Part shown: positions 35,101-48,198 of the stretch, one piece after another
Layout: every line of letters begins with the position of its first letter
Position numbering within the stretch: the stretch's first letter is position 1
DNA from: Asterias rubens
Lineage: Eukaryota
Assembly (NCBI RefSeq): GCF_902459465.1
Contig: NC_047083.1
Coordinates: 2,728,001-2,792,000, forward strand
Reading direction: 5' to 3'
DNA: 64,000 nt
The notes under the pieces: generated by a model
Told to the model about the DNA's origin: nothing
What the model saw: the letters and a program-made list of their open reading frames with translations, nothing else
Databases searched by the model: none
Translations under genes and position numbers: made by a program

Positions 35101-38100
35101 TTATCTCGCAACTTCAACGACCAATTGAGTTCAAATTTTCACAGGTTTGGTATTTTATGCATATGTTGAGATACACCAAGTGAGAAGACCGGTCTTTGAC
35201 AATAACCAATAGTGTCCACTGCCTTAAAAGGCACTTGACACTGTTGGTAATTACTCAAAAAAATTGCTATAATAAAAGCTTACTTGGTAACAAGCAATGG
35301 AGAGCTTGTATAAAACATGTATAAAACATTTTGAGAAAAGACTTCAGGCCTAAAGCCTTTTGTAAGCCATCTGAAAGCACACAAATTTGTGCAACAAAGG
35401 TGCTTTACTTTCATCTTGCAACTTCAATGACTGATAGAGTCCAAATATTCACAGATTTGTTATTTTATGCATATGTTGGGAAACACCTAGTGAGAACATT
35501 TTTACAGTAACAAAAATACTTACCCATTTCCGAGCAAGTTCCAGTAAACTTTTTCTTGTTACTCCAGGTAAAATTGTTCCATCCAATGCGGGGGTGACTA
35601 ATTCGTCTTCTAAATAAATAAAAGTTAATAGACCGATCCATTAAGCTCCGCCCCATTGCAGATTGACCAATCAAAACCCTGATTGTGCAACCAAAGGTCC
35701 AAATAATAAACAAATAAAGTCTGTCATGCGTGTGCATATTCTTGGCGCGCGCGGCAGAGTTGTGCAATATGGCATTGTAGAGGATCACGTGTTCTTGCTC
35801 ACACCGGCACAGTGGGCAGAGCCTAATGGATCGGTCTTTTGTTTTTAAAGAGTCTGGTTTCCTTATCACGCTACCAAGCATCAGCAGTTATTGTCCACAG
35901 GGAACACGGCTTGTTTTAGGGATTAATAAACTAAGAGCGCAAAGCATAAAAGCATGTGAGAACATAGCATGAAAGCTTGCGAGCGCAAAAACTTACAGGT
36001 ACAAAATCTGCTTAAATCCATTTATCTTTGGTTTTGGTACGGGGGTGTCATTTTCTTATGAATTTGGTCTTAGTTATACAATATATAAATTTTATTTTTT
36101 TTTTCTTCTGTTGGGGGGGGGGGGGTTGAACAAAGAATTGACAAGAGCGGGATTCGAATCAACAACCTACAGAAATGTGCCAGAGGTCGTTCGTTCGTAT
36201 CCCACTCCAGTTAATTCTATGTTCAACTCCAGAAGTAATTTTCCCTTATGGTTTATTTAGATAAAACATGAACAGAACAATTTTTTTTTTAATGAATTTT
36301 GGGGTGGGGTTAAAAAAAAAAAATGGATTTCCGATTTAATATTGGAGAAATCACATCCCTGTTTAACTGACCTCCTTGTTCGTTCTTCCAGTACATCATG
36401 ATGTTCATGGTGCCCACCTCCGTTACGTAATGTTCATCTTCGTACAGCCAAAGTATCTGCTGACATCCCTTGTTATTGATGGCACTCACTTGTGGCATTA
36501 TCGTAGGTCCATAATTACTGTAGAAGAGAAATAATCAAACAATGAGATTGTCAACTGTTGTTTTATGTTTTTTGGGGTCTGACTTTCCTCCTTCTCTAAT
36601 AATAATAATACTAATTACAAGTTGTTTATATAGCAGTGACCGTCTCAGCGCTTCACATTGGTCATTGGGCCAATAGCATTCCTTAAATTTTTCCCAGGGA
36701 AGTATACAACTCGCAGTCGTAGCGCTCCCAAGGCTTTTTCAAACACAATATCAACCTACCCTCACAAGTACCCATTTATGCTCATGGGTAGAGAGAAGCA
36801 ATTATAGTAATAAAGTAGCTTGCTCAAGGACACAAGTGTCACAACCGGGACCCGAACCCACACTCTGGGGTGGATTTCACAAAGGTAGTCCTAACTTAGG
36901 ACTAGTCCTAGCAGGCAATGCTAAGAGATAGGACCGGTTGTAAGTTAGGATGAGTTACTGGTCCTAACTTAGGACCAGTCCTATCTCTTAACATTGCCTA
37001 GGACTAGTCCTAAGTTAGGACTACCTTTGTGAAATCCACCCCTGGTGACCTAAGCACTAGAACTTGAATTAGACGCTCTTAACGTCCATGACACCCCCCC
37101 CCCCCACAAAAAAAAAACCCAAAAAAACTCACCTTCCGAGTTTAGCGTACCCAACTCCACCTTTCCACGCTCGTACGTGTTCCGTGTCTGCGTAAAGTCT
37201 GACCGGGTTGAACGTGCCTGTTGAGAAGTAGGGACCCACTGGACCGATGATGACAAATAGTTTAGCTTGTGTCGGTGGACTGACCCCTAAAGATGGCTGA
37301 ATGATTTAGAATTGAAACAAATATTATTTGTAAAAGTCAAAATCTGGACTTACCAAGGGACACCTGAGTAATAATAATAATAATAACAAGACATTTGTAA
37401 AGCGCCTAATGCAAAAGCCTCTAAGCGCATTAAAGAAACAATAAAATAAACAATTAGAGAAAGATACAAGATACAAATAGGCAATTTACAAAAAAGAAGC
37501 TTTAAACAAATGAGTTTTCAACAAGGATTTAAAACATTGTAAAGTATTAGCTTGGCGACTATGCACAGGAAGACTATTCCAAAGAAACGGTGCGGCGTAA
37601 GAAACAGATCTGTGGCCATAAAAAATGAACGAAGCTCTAGTAGCAGAAAGCAATGACTGTTGAGATGATCGTAAAGTCCGAGTAGTGGAATAATGAAAGC
37701 CTGTGCAAAGAGTGTGACTGGTTTCGTAGGCGCGCCTACTGATTACTTAGTCAATTGCTGTCAGATTTTTGGCCGATTTGACCCCAAAATTTTGATTTAA
37801 AATTCAATAGATATTTTGATGGGGGTTGAGAAAGTTACAAGCTTTCATTTGAGCCATTGCTCGAAAAAGTCCGCCAGTTATTAGTAGCAGTGAAATAAAG
37901 TGCTCAAAATTATTAATTTTTGTCATAGTTCTTGACCATGAATAGTATCGCTCAAAAATATCTATTTTTTAATGTTTGGGACCAAAAATCTGACATAGCA
38001 TCTTTAACACAGTACAATGATGTTAAAACGATAAATACAATACCGTTGGACCACTACACATTCCCACTGGTGAGTTTAATTACTGGCCTGACACTTAATT

Positions 38101-41100
38101 CCCTGTCCTCACACCTGGGGTCAAGGGTCAAGGGTCAATTTTGAGACCTGGCAGCCATGACCTTCATGCCCCTTCAAATAATCCCCACAGACGAGTCAGA
38201 TCCCCACAGACGAGTCAGATTTTCAAATGGAAGTGCCCTTACAGCATTCTCCCATAACAGTGGTCCACTGGACAAATGCTAGTTAAAATAACTAAAGGAC
38301 CAGTCAAAGTTCACTGCAGGTGGTCCTGCTGGCCAGTAAAGTGTTGGACAGTATCACCGTTTCATTTTTCACGTTTCAACTTTAAAATGTGGACCAGCGA
38401 AAAAAACTGGCGGACTTGTGAAAAGACGAGCTAACTGGCCAGTTAGCTGAAAAAGTTATGGGCAAATGACTGCCTCTACAAAAAATAAAATGACCTTGCG
38501 TCCTCTCCTTGGATAAAATCGAAACAATGTGTCACATCTACAAACCTCAGTGCCTATCATCGTCGGTCGTATATACAGCGAGCTCGTTGTCGAGTGTGGT
38601 ACCCAGTCACGGTCGACACGAATCAACTCCGACATACATTTCAGTAACTCATCTTTATCAAACGCCTGCAATAAACGACAAATTACAATAAATAAAACAG
38701 TTTGTAAGCGTAAAGCGTGAAAGCTTGCGAGCTCGAAAGCTTCCGAAGAGTGTGAAGCCTGCTTCAATACATTTACCTTTGGTTTTGAAACCCCTACTCT
38801 GTAATCTGGGGTGTTCTATAAAAGTATGGTTTAATCCTCATTTTCTATGAATTTGATCTTAGTTAAAAATAACTATCTCTAATGAAAAAAACTGAGAAAG
38901 ATTATAACTATTTTTTTAATTTTTATATTAATTTTTTTTTTTTTTGGGGTGGGGGTTAAAAACAAATCCAGGATTTTAGGTAAAAAAAAAAAAGGGAATG
39001 ACATCCCAGTGTTTATAGACCTTTATCATGTTTATCACGGTGTGGCCATCTTGATTTCACTCCATTATTCAAACTCATTGTAACCAAGCTGAGGCTGGAC
39101 GAAATAATAGTCTGGTGCCACGTTTGCGCACTGAATGTTGGCATTCATTACTGTTATTGGAAACGGGGAACATGACCAAGATGGTGACAGCGTGATAAAG
39201 GTTGACTACTCACGGGTAACGCACACCTGGCCGCTGATATTGACATTCTATCCATGTTAGAGTAGGGTCGGAAAAGTCGTATCGTATCGTCCACTCCGCG
39301 GTACGCTTTCATGCCTTCAAATAACTGCAATCATACAGAACGGTCAAAAACAAACTTGAGTGAATGTCAAGAAAAAAAAACCACAAGGAAAAGTGACTTG
39401 GAAATTTAAATAAGGGAATCACTGTGTGGTGAAGAGGTTTTCAACTAGTGGTTTAATCCTAACGAGGCCTGGTTCTTGAAAGTTTTACCGAGACGGAGGC
39501 AACTTCAAGGTGTGGGCTACAATTATTTTTTCCAGAGGCCATTGCCACCTATTCCTAGGGCTGAAACGGAGTTACCCCTTTTACAGTCCATACGGATGTA
39601 GGCTTGGGTATCATCAATCCGAAGCCTGGCCGGTAGAGCAGAAAACACTACCTCCGCAATTTTACGTAGCAAGTGTCACGATCGGGATTCGAACCAACAC
39701 TCTGCTGATCAAACACCAGAGCTTGAATCCAGTGCTCTTAACCGCTCGCCAATGACACCCCAAATTAAACATGAGTAGTTTTGTTTCTCTGCTCACGGGC
39801 TAGTTTGACTTCCCAAAAATTTGATATAATTTGCCAACTCTGGTTAGAAATAAAACCTCCTTACACTGCCTTACCTCAATGGCATAATGCAACGATGATG
39901 ATGCAGGATGAATAGACAAGTTGCCAAATGGGATTATCGTCGGGGCCGTCCATCCGCCATCTTTGGTCCAATCAACCACCAACATGTGATCCGTAAACTC
40001 CTTGCCAAAGACCAGGTTATTGGGATCGGGTTTCTGTTTGAGCTCGGTGGAAAGTTGTATTTGTAAGTCACTCGCCTAAAAGAGAAATAAACATTGATAA
40101 CAAAATCAATTTTTAAAAACTGTAAAAAAGGAGGAATATAAGAAGAGGAGCCAACCAAACAGCAATACACCTCTTGTTACAGGCACTGGATAAATATTAA
40201 ACTTGCGGGTCCAACCATAATTTACACATGGTTGTACCCCGTAAGTTTACTATTTATAGTGTTTTCCCTAATGCAAACAAAATTAGTAAGATAAAGAAAA
40301 GTTCAATGTACATTGAATATAATGATGTACACTAATACTGCGTACCTTAAAACTTGCAAGACTCCGCCTGGTCATGTGACTTATCCATGGTTGTTGAGCA
40401 ACCTACAATGAGAAAAATTAATTGGGTGTCATCTATTTGAACTCCACTTGGCTTCACAGAGAAAATGAAGACAGTCAGAGTATGCTGACTGAAACATCCA
40501 GTTGTTACACAGTCCAAGTCACTCACGTGCTAATGGCTGCAACAGTCATCAGAACGTGGAGGAACAACACCAGAGTGTGGGTTCGACTCCTGGGCTTGAC
40601 ATTTTGATTTGGCAAGACATACTATGCTTCTCATAAAGTGCTTTTCACTGCCAGGAAACACTTTTATTAACAAAAACCAATGTAATGTTGCTTTAATGGC
40701 CACATGTTTGGATCCTAGCAGAGTCTCAAAATAAAAGTCAACAAGGGTTCTGAAGCTTTTATTGTATCAGTGTCATTGCCGAGTGGTTAAGAGCATCAAA
40801 TTCAAGTTCTGGTGCTGATTCACCGGAGTGTGGGTTCGAATCCTGGTCGTGACACATGTGTCCTTGAGCAAGAGGCTTTACTATAATTGCTTCTCTTCAC
40901 CCAGCATGCTGGCATGCCCAGGGGTATAAATGGGTACCTGCGAGTAGGTTGATATTGTGTATGAAAAAGCCACAAGCGCCTTACAGGCAGCTCAGGGCTG
41001 TATACTCCCTAGGGAGTTGAGAAAGATTACAGGGATGTTATTGGCCCTATGACCAGGGCACTAATGTAAAGAGCATTGATACGGTCATTGTGAAATGCCC

Positions 41101-43527
41101 TATAAGAATTTGTTATTATTATTGTAATATTCTTAGTTGGGTTTGGGTCCTTCTTCCTCACGTATGTGCGGAGTAGTAGTAGTAAGTTAATCGGGAGGGC
41201 TTGAACTTGAAATTGACGTTGAATAAATAAAGTTCGCCACAGAACAAACAAATGACAAGTTGAACTCGAAAGTAAGTTGATGTCACGATAAATGATTTTA
41301 TTAAGAGTTCTCTTCTCGAACCCTCCTGTTCTCCAGTCTAGCTCAAACTAAACTCTTCCTTTTACATTCCTTTTCTTTATTCCAAACCTTGTTATTAATT
41401 ATCTTCTAAATCACAATATTCTTAATTCGCGCTTAGTAATTAGCTCACGCTTTGCAGTTGGTTTAGGATAGATCACTACATTATTATTATTATTATTATT
41501 ATTAATCTTGCTTGCCTTGAATTTTGCTTTCCAAAAAAAACTCTAAGGTCGGGTCGTTACCTCGAAAATTTCAAAAGTGCGCTTTTTATTGTCTTGCCAC
41601 GATAATTTATCTCAGAAAAACAAAAACCTGGATGGCCACTCCAAGCTTCCATAAATAGTTGTTAAATGACTGAGCAATGTACACGCCTCCATTTTCAACC
41701 AATCAAAATCCTACTTTGTGTGGGCTGGTCTCGAACCACACAAACACAACCCAGCCCCAAATCTCAAAGGTCATTTTGATAAAATATCAACAGAGATAAT
41801 TTTTGAGATCATTCATAATTTCTGGCAATGGTCATGGAAATGACAAAAGAACCAAAAGTAAACACACACCCACAGCAAACCCACCGAACTAACCAATGAG
41901 TTCACATTCTGTTGTCACTTGATCTAAGGGTCGAAGGTCAAGCATCACCAGCAGTGGAAAAGTACAGAGTCTGTTGATATGTGTTACACACATCATGTGT
42001 GTGGTGCGTTCATGCATTGTCATCTATTTTTTTTGAGAATATCTGGTTTAAAACATGTAGTTTCACTGGGGAAAAACGCATGAATTGAATTTACAATACA
42101 AGCAGGTAACTGCAGTGCAGGCAGTGGCCTTGCCTCCATTGCCCTGGTTATGCATTGGTGCCCCTTCAAATTAATGCTTTCAGTTTTACACACATCACAT
42201 GTGTATGCATTTGTCATACTATTTTGTTTTAGAAACAATGTATAAAAATGACTGGAATGGTTTGCCCTGGTCTTGGCCTTGGTGCCCCTTTACTTCAAGT
42301 ATTTTCCATAGTAGACTTTTTTAAAAAGACTTTCGCAATGGAGCCCGCAGCCTTTTTCACAAAGCGCTAGGATTAATCCTATCTTGAGTTAGGACGAGTA
42401 ACCCGTCCTAACTTAGGATGGGTTCAATGTGTTCTACGTCTTCTGATAGGGAACTTAGCTCGGCCTACATCCTAAGATCAATCCTAAGTTAGGAAGAGTT
42501 TGGTGAAATTGCTGGCTGTAGACTATAAAAAGGCTTTGCCCGCTCGATAGACAGGATGAAAAAGTTTTTCCATTGGACGCTGAGGCTGGCGTCTGCTTTT
42601 TAAAACCGTGTCACACATTAATTTCAAGCATAAACAAGCTTGTCCAAGAATTTTTATTTTGTTTCAATAATTAAAAACTAATTTGTGAACAATTATTATA
42701 AATAAAAGCTACATGTAAGACTTGAACAAAATATGTAATTTAATTGTTCACATTTCTTCATAATCATCATATATTCATAGATTTAATTTAAAACAAACAA
42801 TTGATTTCAGTGTTTTCTCGTTCTGGTACAATGTACATACACTGCAAGACTTGCAGTTTAATTTAGAGGAAATTCCAAGCTACACTACAGTTGCAATAAT
42901 CGTAACCTTCCATCCTCTCCTAGTCCCGATGTGGGACCTTCTTCCTGATTGTATCATACCGTACCACCACATTTTCAATCATATTTACAATAGAGGAATA
43001 TCTCATTTCATGATTTATGAAAGACACTGTTTTATTTTATACAAATGAAAAAGTCGTGGCAGGATACGAAAACATTTCTGGATGGAATGTAACGATTAAA
43101 TCACAACCAAATAAAAACTTGGCCCTATTTTTATTTATCATTTTTATGTTATTTATGGGTGCTACTGCTAGGCTAGGCTATTCTAATCTTTAAGTTTATC
43201 AAACGTTATTACAATTAACAATAGATTTAATAATCCAAATAATTCGCCAATAAATCTTTTATATCTTAACGATACTCAAAGCATGAAAGTAAAATTCAGA
43301 AATGATTCCAGAAAAGCAAACCAACATTTTTAATTCGTGTGTGATTACCGATTGAACTGAAAAACTAACAAATTTACAAGTAAACTTTCTCTCTCTGCGA
43401 CCTCCAATCAACTATTTTTTTAGCGAGAAAAAACCTAAACACAGAGTCACAGACAGGTAGAGGACAAACTTACCCGACGTCCCTGTTTGTGTGAAACTTG
43501 ACACAGAACCTTGAAAACACCTGCCAT
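32149..43527 (-). CDS. BCAT: Branched-chain amino acid aminotransferase with mitochondrial-type presequence, 398 aa
   Basis: Exons 43527-43474, 40402-40346, 40075-39875, 39324-39214, 38665-38546, 37296-37133, 36517-36372, 35609-35524, 34309-34241, 33241-33095 and 32190-32149 (1197 nt). Motifs [34 protein letters not shown] lysine in AKLGSNYG, EVGTMN, ILPGVTR and [12 protein letters not shown]1 versus BCAT2 orthology is not resolvable. Confidence 0.96.
32275..32520. mobile_element. GGGCCCAATTTCAT-type MITE
   Basis: gggcccaatttcatggagctgcttaagc ... gcttaagcaacttcatgaaattgggccc. Related copies at about 8295-8470, 28260-28340, 30040-30190 and 34562-34703. Confidence 0.75.
32693..33093. mobile_element. 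401-bp palindromic element with two back-to-back tRNA-like heads; TAT..ATA ends, 6-bp TSD CCTGTA
   Basis: 172-bp arms (32692-32863 and 32887-33058) with 1 mismatch and a 23-nt spacer. CCTGTA at 32687-32692 and 33094-33099. Confidence 0.9.
34193..34236 (-). other. Decayed minimal hammerhead-ribozyme-like motif (Penelope-type)
   Basis: Minus strand reads GTCTC-CCGACGA-T-GACTAG agcaag CTAGTT-GAAA-CATT-GAGAC, i.e. stem I, a CUGANGA variant, stem II, GAAA and a decayed CGUC. Confidence 0.55.
34719..35224. mobile_element. Kolobok-type MITE family A carrying a 116-bp insert
   Basis: Family A termini. The insert at 34864-34979 is flanked by the 12-bp direct repeat GAGAGAGAAGTA. Confidence 0.8.
34864..34979 (-). 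mobile_element. Penelope-like retroelement terminal fragment with hammerhead-like core
   Basis: 12-bp TSD at 34852-34863 and 34980-34991. Minus strand reads GATCAG agcata CTGATC GAAACGTC GAG. A homologous tail lies at about 17778-17870. Confidence 0.55.
36599..37083 (-). mobile_element. tRNA-derived SINE (family S2), interrupted by a MITE
   Basis: Reverse complement of 40772-41123, with the insertion at 36868-37041. Confidence 0.75.
36868..37041. mobile_element. Harbinger-like palindromic MITE (GGGTGGATTTCACAAAG ends, CTG TSD)
   Basis: CTG at 36865-36867 and 37042-37044; near-perfect palindrome. A second copy lies at 57404-57574. Confidence 0.85.
37370..37710 (-). mobile_element. L2-clade LINE 3' end
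   Basis: Minus strand reads RTLRSSQQ...[18 protein letters not shown]...[15 protein letters not shown], followed by a 3' UTR and (TTA)n tail. Confidence 0.8.
40772..41123 (+). mobile_element. tRNA-derived SINE (family S2)
   Basis: A box TTGCCGAGTGG, B box GGTTCGAATCC, body gtgtccttgagcaag...ataaatgggtacc and an (ATT)n tail. A partial reverse copy lies at about 39545-39745. Confidence 0.8.
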
Positions 43528-44319
43528 ATTTCCTGACGATTTTTTTGCAAAAACAATGTTGTTTTTTGTTCACAAATGAGGGTGAAAACAGAAGATTTTC
43601 AGGTAGACTTTCGACCGAACTCTACCGAAGCTAAACGCTGACCATCACATATCGATTCTTGCATAAAAAATATAGACCCACATTGCACGTGCGAGGTCGG
43701 GGGGTCGATGTAATGTGTAATCGAGGTTGCTCGCAGTGTATAAAACTAAACATGAAAAGCAAGTCCTTTGATCAGACTAGTCCGCTCAATGACTTGATTA
43801 GACTAGCCACGTTTTTTTTCGGATGCAGTCGTTGATGGCGCTATAACACAATAACAGAGGTGTCTTGTGGTTGGGGTTGGGGTGGGGGGGTGTGATCCCA
43901 GATTGGCCAATGTTTACTCTTAGCTTGTATACTTTTAAACTTTTTATTGGGAACCAGGTTTGATAAATGCGTTTGTTTATAAGCCAACATTAATGCAGTG
44001 CAGCGATGATTTTTGAAGCAGGTTATTCCCTGCACCGTCCCCCAAACCCAAACCCCCATGTCCCCTGGTCTTGGCCCTGGTGCCCCTTCAAAATTGTCCC
44101 ATTCACTTTGATGGAAGTGCCCTTTGCAAAATGAAAATGGCCTTGCCCTTTGAAAGATGAAACTCCAAGCCTGCGCATGCGCGGAGCATGACAAAATAAC
44201 TCAGTAGTAAAAGTCAAAAATGTAAAATTTAAAATATCCTTGTTTATTTTAATTTAATTTAAAATTGCTGATGAAATGGGAAAAAATCTTGCAATATTGA
44301 CAGTTCACTCTCGTCTTAA

Positions 44320-44701
44320 AGACACTGGACACCATTGGCAGTTGTCAAAGACTAGTCTTCTCACTTGGTGTATCTCAACATTATGCATAAATTAACAAAT
44401 CTGTGAAAATTTGAGCTCAATTGGTCAAGAAATTGCAAGATAACTATTAAAATAACAAACACCCTTGACACTGTCACATGAAGTTGTGTGCTTTCAGATG
44501 CTTGATTTCGAGACCTCAACATCTAAGTCCGAGGTCACGAAATCAAATTCGTGGGAAATTACTTCTTTCTCAAAAACTACATTACTTCAGAGGGAGCTGT
44601 TCCTCACAATGTTTTTACTATCAACCTCTCCCCGTTACTCGTTACCAAGTAAGGTTTTATGCTAATCATTATTTTGAGTAATTACCAATAGTGTCCACTG
44701 C
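44320..44701. mobile_element. Kolobok-type MITE family A
   Basis: TTAA-AGACACTGGACAC ... AATAGTGTCCACTGC; reverse orientation. Confidence 0.8.
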
Positions 44702-44820
44702 AGCTCTATGTAATTGGTTCTGCTTATATAAAGAGTATATTCTGAAGTCCCAATTCTCATTTCTGCTTTGTGTGGTTTTTTTTTGCCTTGCTGTCCTCTT
44801 ATAAAAACATTCCTGTCACA

Positions 44821-45497
44821 AAAGAGGTCATTTGGTCACTGGCCCAATGATTATATAACAAGAGTTGACTGTACGTATGACAAAATGACAGTGACATGTC
44901 ATCAATGATCCGTTTCTGTATTTTAAAATGTCATGCACCCCTCTAGCCAAAGCCAAGTTCTCTGAAATTCTTTTAAAGAGGTCATTTGGGTAGCCACAGC
45001 GATTGGTTTTAACGAGAGTTGACTGTGCATGAATACGACAAAATGACAGTGACATGTCATGGCAACGACAAAATAAACCATGAATTGTTTCTGTATTTCA
45101 AAATGTCATTCACCTCTCATAGTCACAACCACTGACAAGTTCTCTACAAAAACCGTGTTTCAATCTGTACAAAGAGTTATTTTTGGCAGTCCTAGCGACC
45201 ATGTTAAAACGAGAGTTGATATGACAAATGAATGGCAGTGACATTTCAGGACAAAATTTAATCAATGATCCGTTTCTGTATTTAACAATGTCATGCACCT
45301 CTCGAGCCACTGACCAGCTCTCAAAATTCTTGTACCAGTAATACCATGTTAATTTGGGCAGCCCCAGCAACTGTCTTACAACGAGAGTTGAAATGACAAA
45401 ATGACAGTGACACGCCATGGCATTGACAAAATTTTTCATGATCCGTTTTCTGTGTTTAAAAATGTCATGCACCTCTCTAGCCACTGACAAGTTCTCT
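44821..45497. repeat. About 180-bp degenerate tandem array (4 units) overlapping the archaemetzincin C-terminus
   Basis: atgatccgtttctgt...aatgtcatgcacc...agccactgacaagttctct recurs at about 44905, 45085, 45265 and 45439. Confidence 0.85.
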
Positions 45498-47246
45498 CCA
45501 TTCCGGGAGATGGATAAAATTCTTGAAGCGTCCGACACACCTTAAAGAGCCCCTTGTACCGTTCCTTGACGTCAAACTTCAAGAAGCGTTGAAGCTTACG
45601 GAGACAGATTGGGCAGAGGAAAAAGGGCTGGCTCAGTGCCTGGGAGATCGACTTGCTCTCGTTCATGGAACACTCGAAGAACACGCAATGATTGAGACCA
45701 AAGAGATGAGAAGTTTCATGAGTTGCTACCTGTAATTTGGAGAAAAAAACAAGTGGATTCAAGTTTAGGCCTATTACATTAATTAATGTAAAAGTTACGT
45801 ACATCATGTGCAAGATTTGTTTGCAACAAGGACGACTATTTAGAATTATGTTCAATAAAAATTCATGAATTAATAAGAAAATTGTTTCCATAATAATGGA
45901 GATTTTTAAAATTATTTTGTTCATCAGCAGAATATCGAAAGATCTGTTTTTTTTCAGGGAACTTTCTGCAGATTCAGGGAGAATTGACAGCTCTTGTTCG
46001 AATTTATCACATGGGGTTCTGCTAACTAAACATGTTGGTACTCCATCTTGCCTGCGGTATACAAATTTCAAAATAACATTTTTTTTTTTTTTTTGTGAGA
46101 TTGCATCGTTTGAAATACATAGTTTAAACTGACGGCAAAACCTGGTTCATACTTCCTGCGAATGCGAAATGAATTTTTGACGTAACAAAATACGCAAAGA
46201 ATATTTCACAACAGTTGAACTGCATTCAAATCATTCGAAACATTCACTGCAAAAACAACCATGTCACATCAAACTTCGCAGGCAGTATAAACCGGGCTTC
46301 TTTAGGCCTACAGTATGTTTTGAATAATGAATTTCAGTCGTTGTTGTACTTGTAGTGTAACTGTTTGTGAAGATTATTGTAAAGTGCGTCGCAAAAATCC
46401 TCACAACAAATTTACCCGCAGTAATTTCCATAAAAGATCTCCGTCCACTCTAACAGATGAAGCCTCGTCTTCTTCGACATCACCATCGATGCCATGGACC
46501 GTTTCCAAATCTTCGTTAACCTTGTAGCTTAAAGGTTCGTACCGACCGAAACTGAGTACGGCGCAACGATGCACAAACGACGCCTCTCCTAAAACAAAGT
46601 TAAGTTCTTCGGTCGGATACAGATCCGTCCACGTCCAACCAAGTATGAAGTCTCTTTTCAGTGTACCAGTTAAAGAGTGTAGCTGCGAATACAAGTCCGA
46701 CACAAGAAATTGCTTTTTCTTTGTTTTCTTGTGGTACCGGCTGACGAGATTGCTGTCGTCTGTATTTATATCATGCAGATTTTCCAATCTGACGTCTAAA
46801 CCCGGGAAATAAGTTTGCAGAAAATGTACCAAGAATTCGATCAAGTCGAAACCAGGAACTCTAAAATTTGTCGTGACAGCGTCAGGGAAGTTTTCAAGAG
46901 GCCAAAAGTGGAGGGTTTTTGGCTTATCAAGAAGGTTTGCTCTGCTGAAAAGTCCCATGCTTAACTCCAATGATGCCTTCCACATTTTATAGGTCTGGCG
47001 TCCCATCTTAGGCACTGGTGATTTATGTTGAAATAGCTTCCCACGGGATCCAGTGTCTTCACATCCGCCATCATCTTCATTATCACTTGTTGTTGAAGTT
47101 GAGCTTGAATTTGAAAGACAATCGGCCGCAATCCTGAGCAGTTTTTGAGTTGGTTCGTCAAATTTACCCAAGTCATACACAAGATATCTGATATCTTTAC
47201 GACGTCTACCCTCTGGTGTATTGGAGCATAACAACGACAATGACAT
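45436..47246 (-). CDS. AMZ2: Archaemetzincin (AMZ1/AMZ2-like zinc metallopeptidase), 374 aa
   Basis: Exons 47246-46416 and 45729-45436, phase 0. Motifs TDLYP, NFVLGEAS, SFGRY and the archaemetzincin zinc motif HETSHLFGLNHCVFFECSMN...LCPICLRKL. The paralog assignment is tentative. Confidence 0.92.
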
Positions 47247-48198
47247 AGCTAATTAATTGTTCGGTACCGAACTAATTAATTAATCACAATTCACAACACG
47301 AACTGCACGGACGACGCACACCCACTTTCTCACCACAACAAACTAGACGTCCAACTAGTAACACAAACAATGCTTATAAATGCTGCCACCAATCGGCCAC
47401 AAAGTGCAAGTCTATTAATTGTGTAGCTTTTTTTTTAAAGGAATAGAAAGGTGCACCCAATAGCGTTCCCAGTGCCAATAATGCTTAATATTCAAAAATA
47501 TACTGCGACAAATACTTGGAAGTCTCACAGCTTTTTACAAAGGGACAGTTACTCATAAGCTTTTGAACTCTGGAACATTTTAAAATCCTCTGCCCAATAG
47601 TTTAATAATAAGTGAGTCCCCGGGCCCGTTCCAAGCCAAAAGGGGCAGCACCCCTATCGTATCTGAGTGTCGTTTTCCCCAAACATCCGAGAATCAATCT
47701 TGAACCCACAACTCTCGGCAATAACTTTTCAGGGGCCTTTGTCATCCAAAATACATCAAGTTGAAAGTCAACAACCCCCAGGTCCGAATTGGGCACATTT
47801 TGTTTTACACTCGGGGGCTTTAGCTCTCAAATCTGTTTTCTCCTTATTTTTTTTGTGGGCTGGATGGGGGGGGGGGGGGGGTGGCATCCATAATGCCCGC
47901 GATGTGTTGCCCGCATTTACAACTTGTTCAAAATCTAATCGCGCCCTTATTTGTTTGTATTTGATAGTTACTGCTATCCATGGAACCGGTCAGGGCATGT
48001 GAATGTGCCCCTCCAGTTTTAGGCTGAAGTGGAGGGAGAAACAGGGAGAAGTTTTAGGCTGATCGTGGAGAAAGGGAAAGCCCCAAAATACTAACACTAA
48101 GTCAATGCATTCATAAAACCATCTCAACTTAGTATGCAGCACCAGCGGCCATACGCCACCACTTTTTGTTCATAACAAAAAAAATGTTTCCTAAAATG

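Noticed and set aside
40517-41290. Possible alternative non-coding first exons of BCAT (donor-like GTGAGT near 40526 and GTGAGG near 41160) giving a cytosolic isoform
   Set aside because: Only isolated donor-like hexamers; cannot be supported without transcript data.
45110-45538. 142-aa minus-strand ORF
   Set aside because: Alternative-frame reading of the archaemetzincin tail array.
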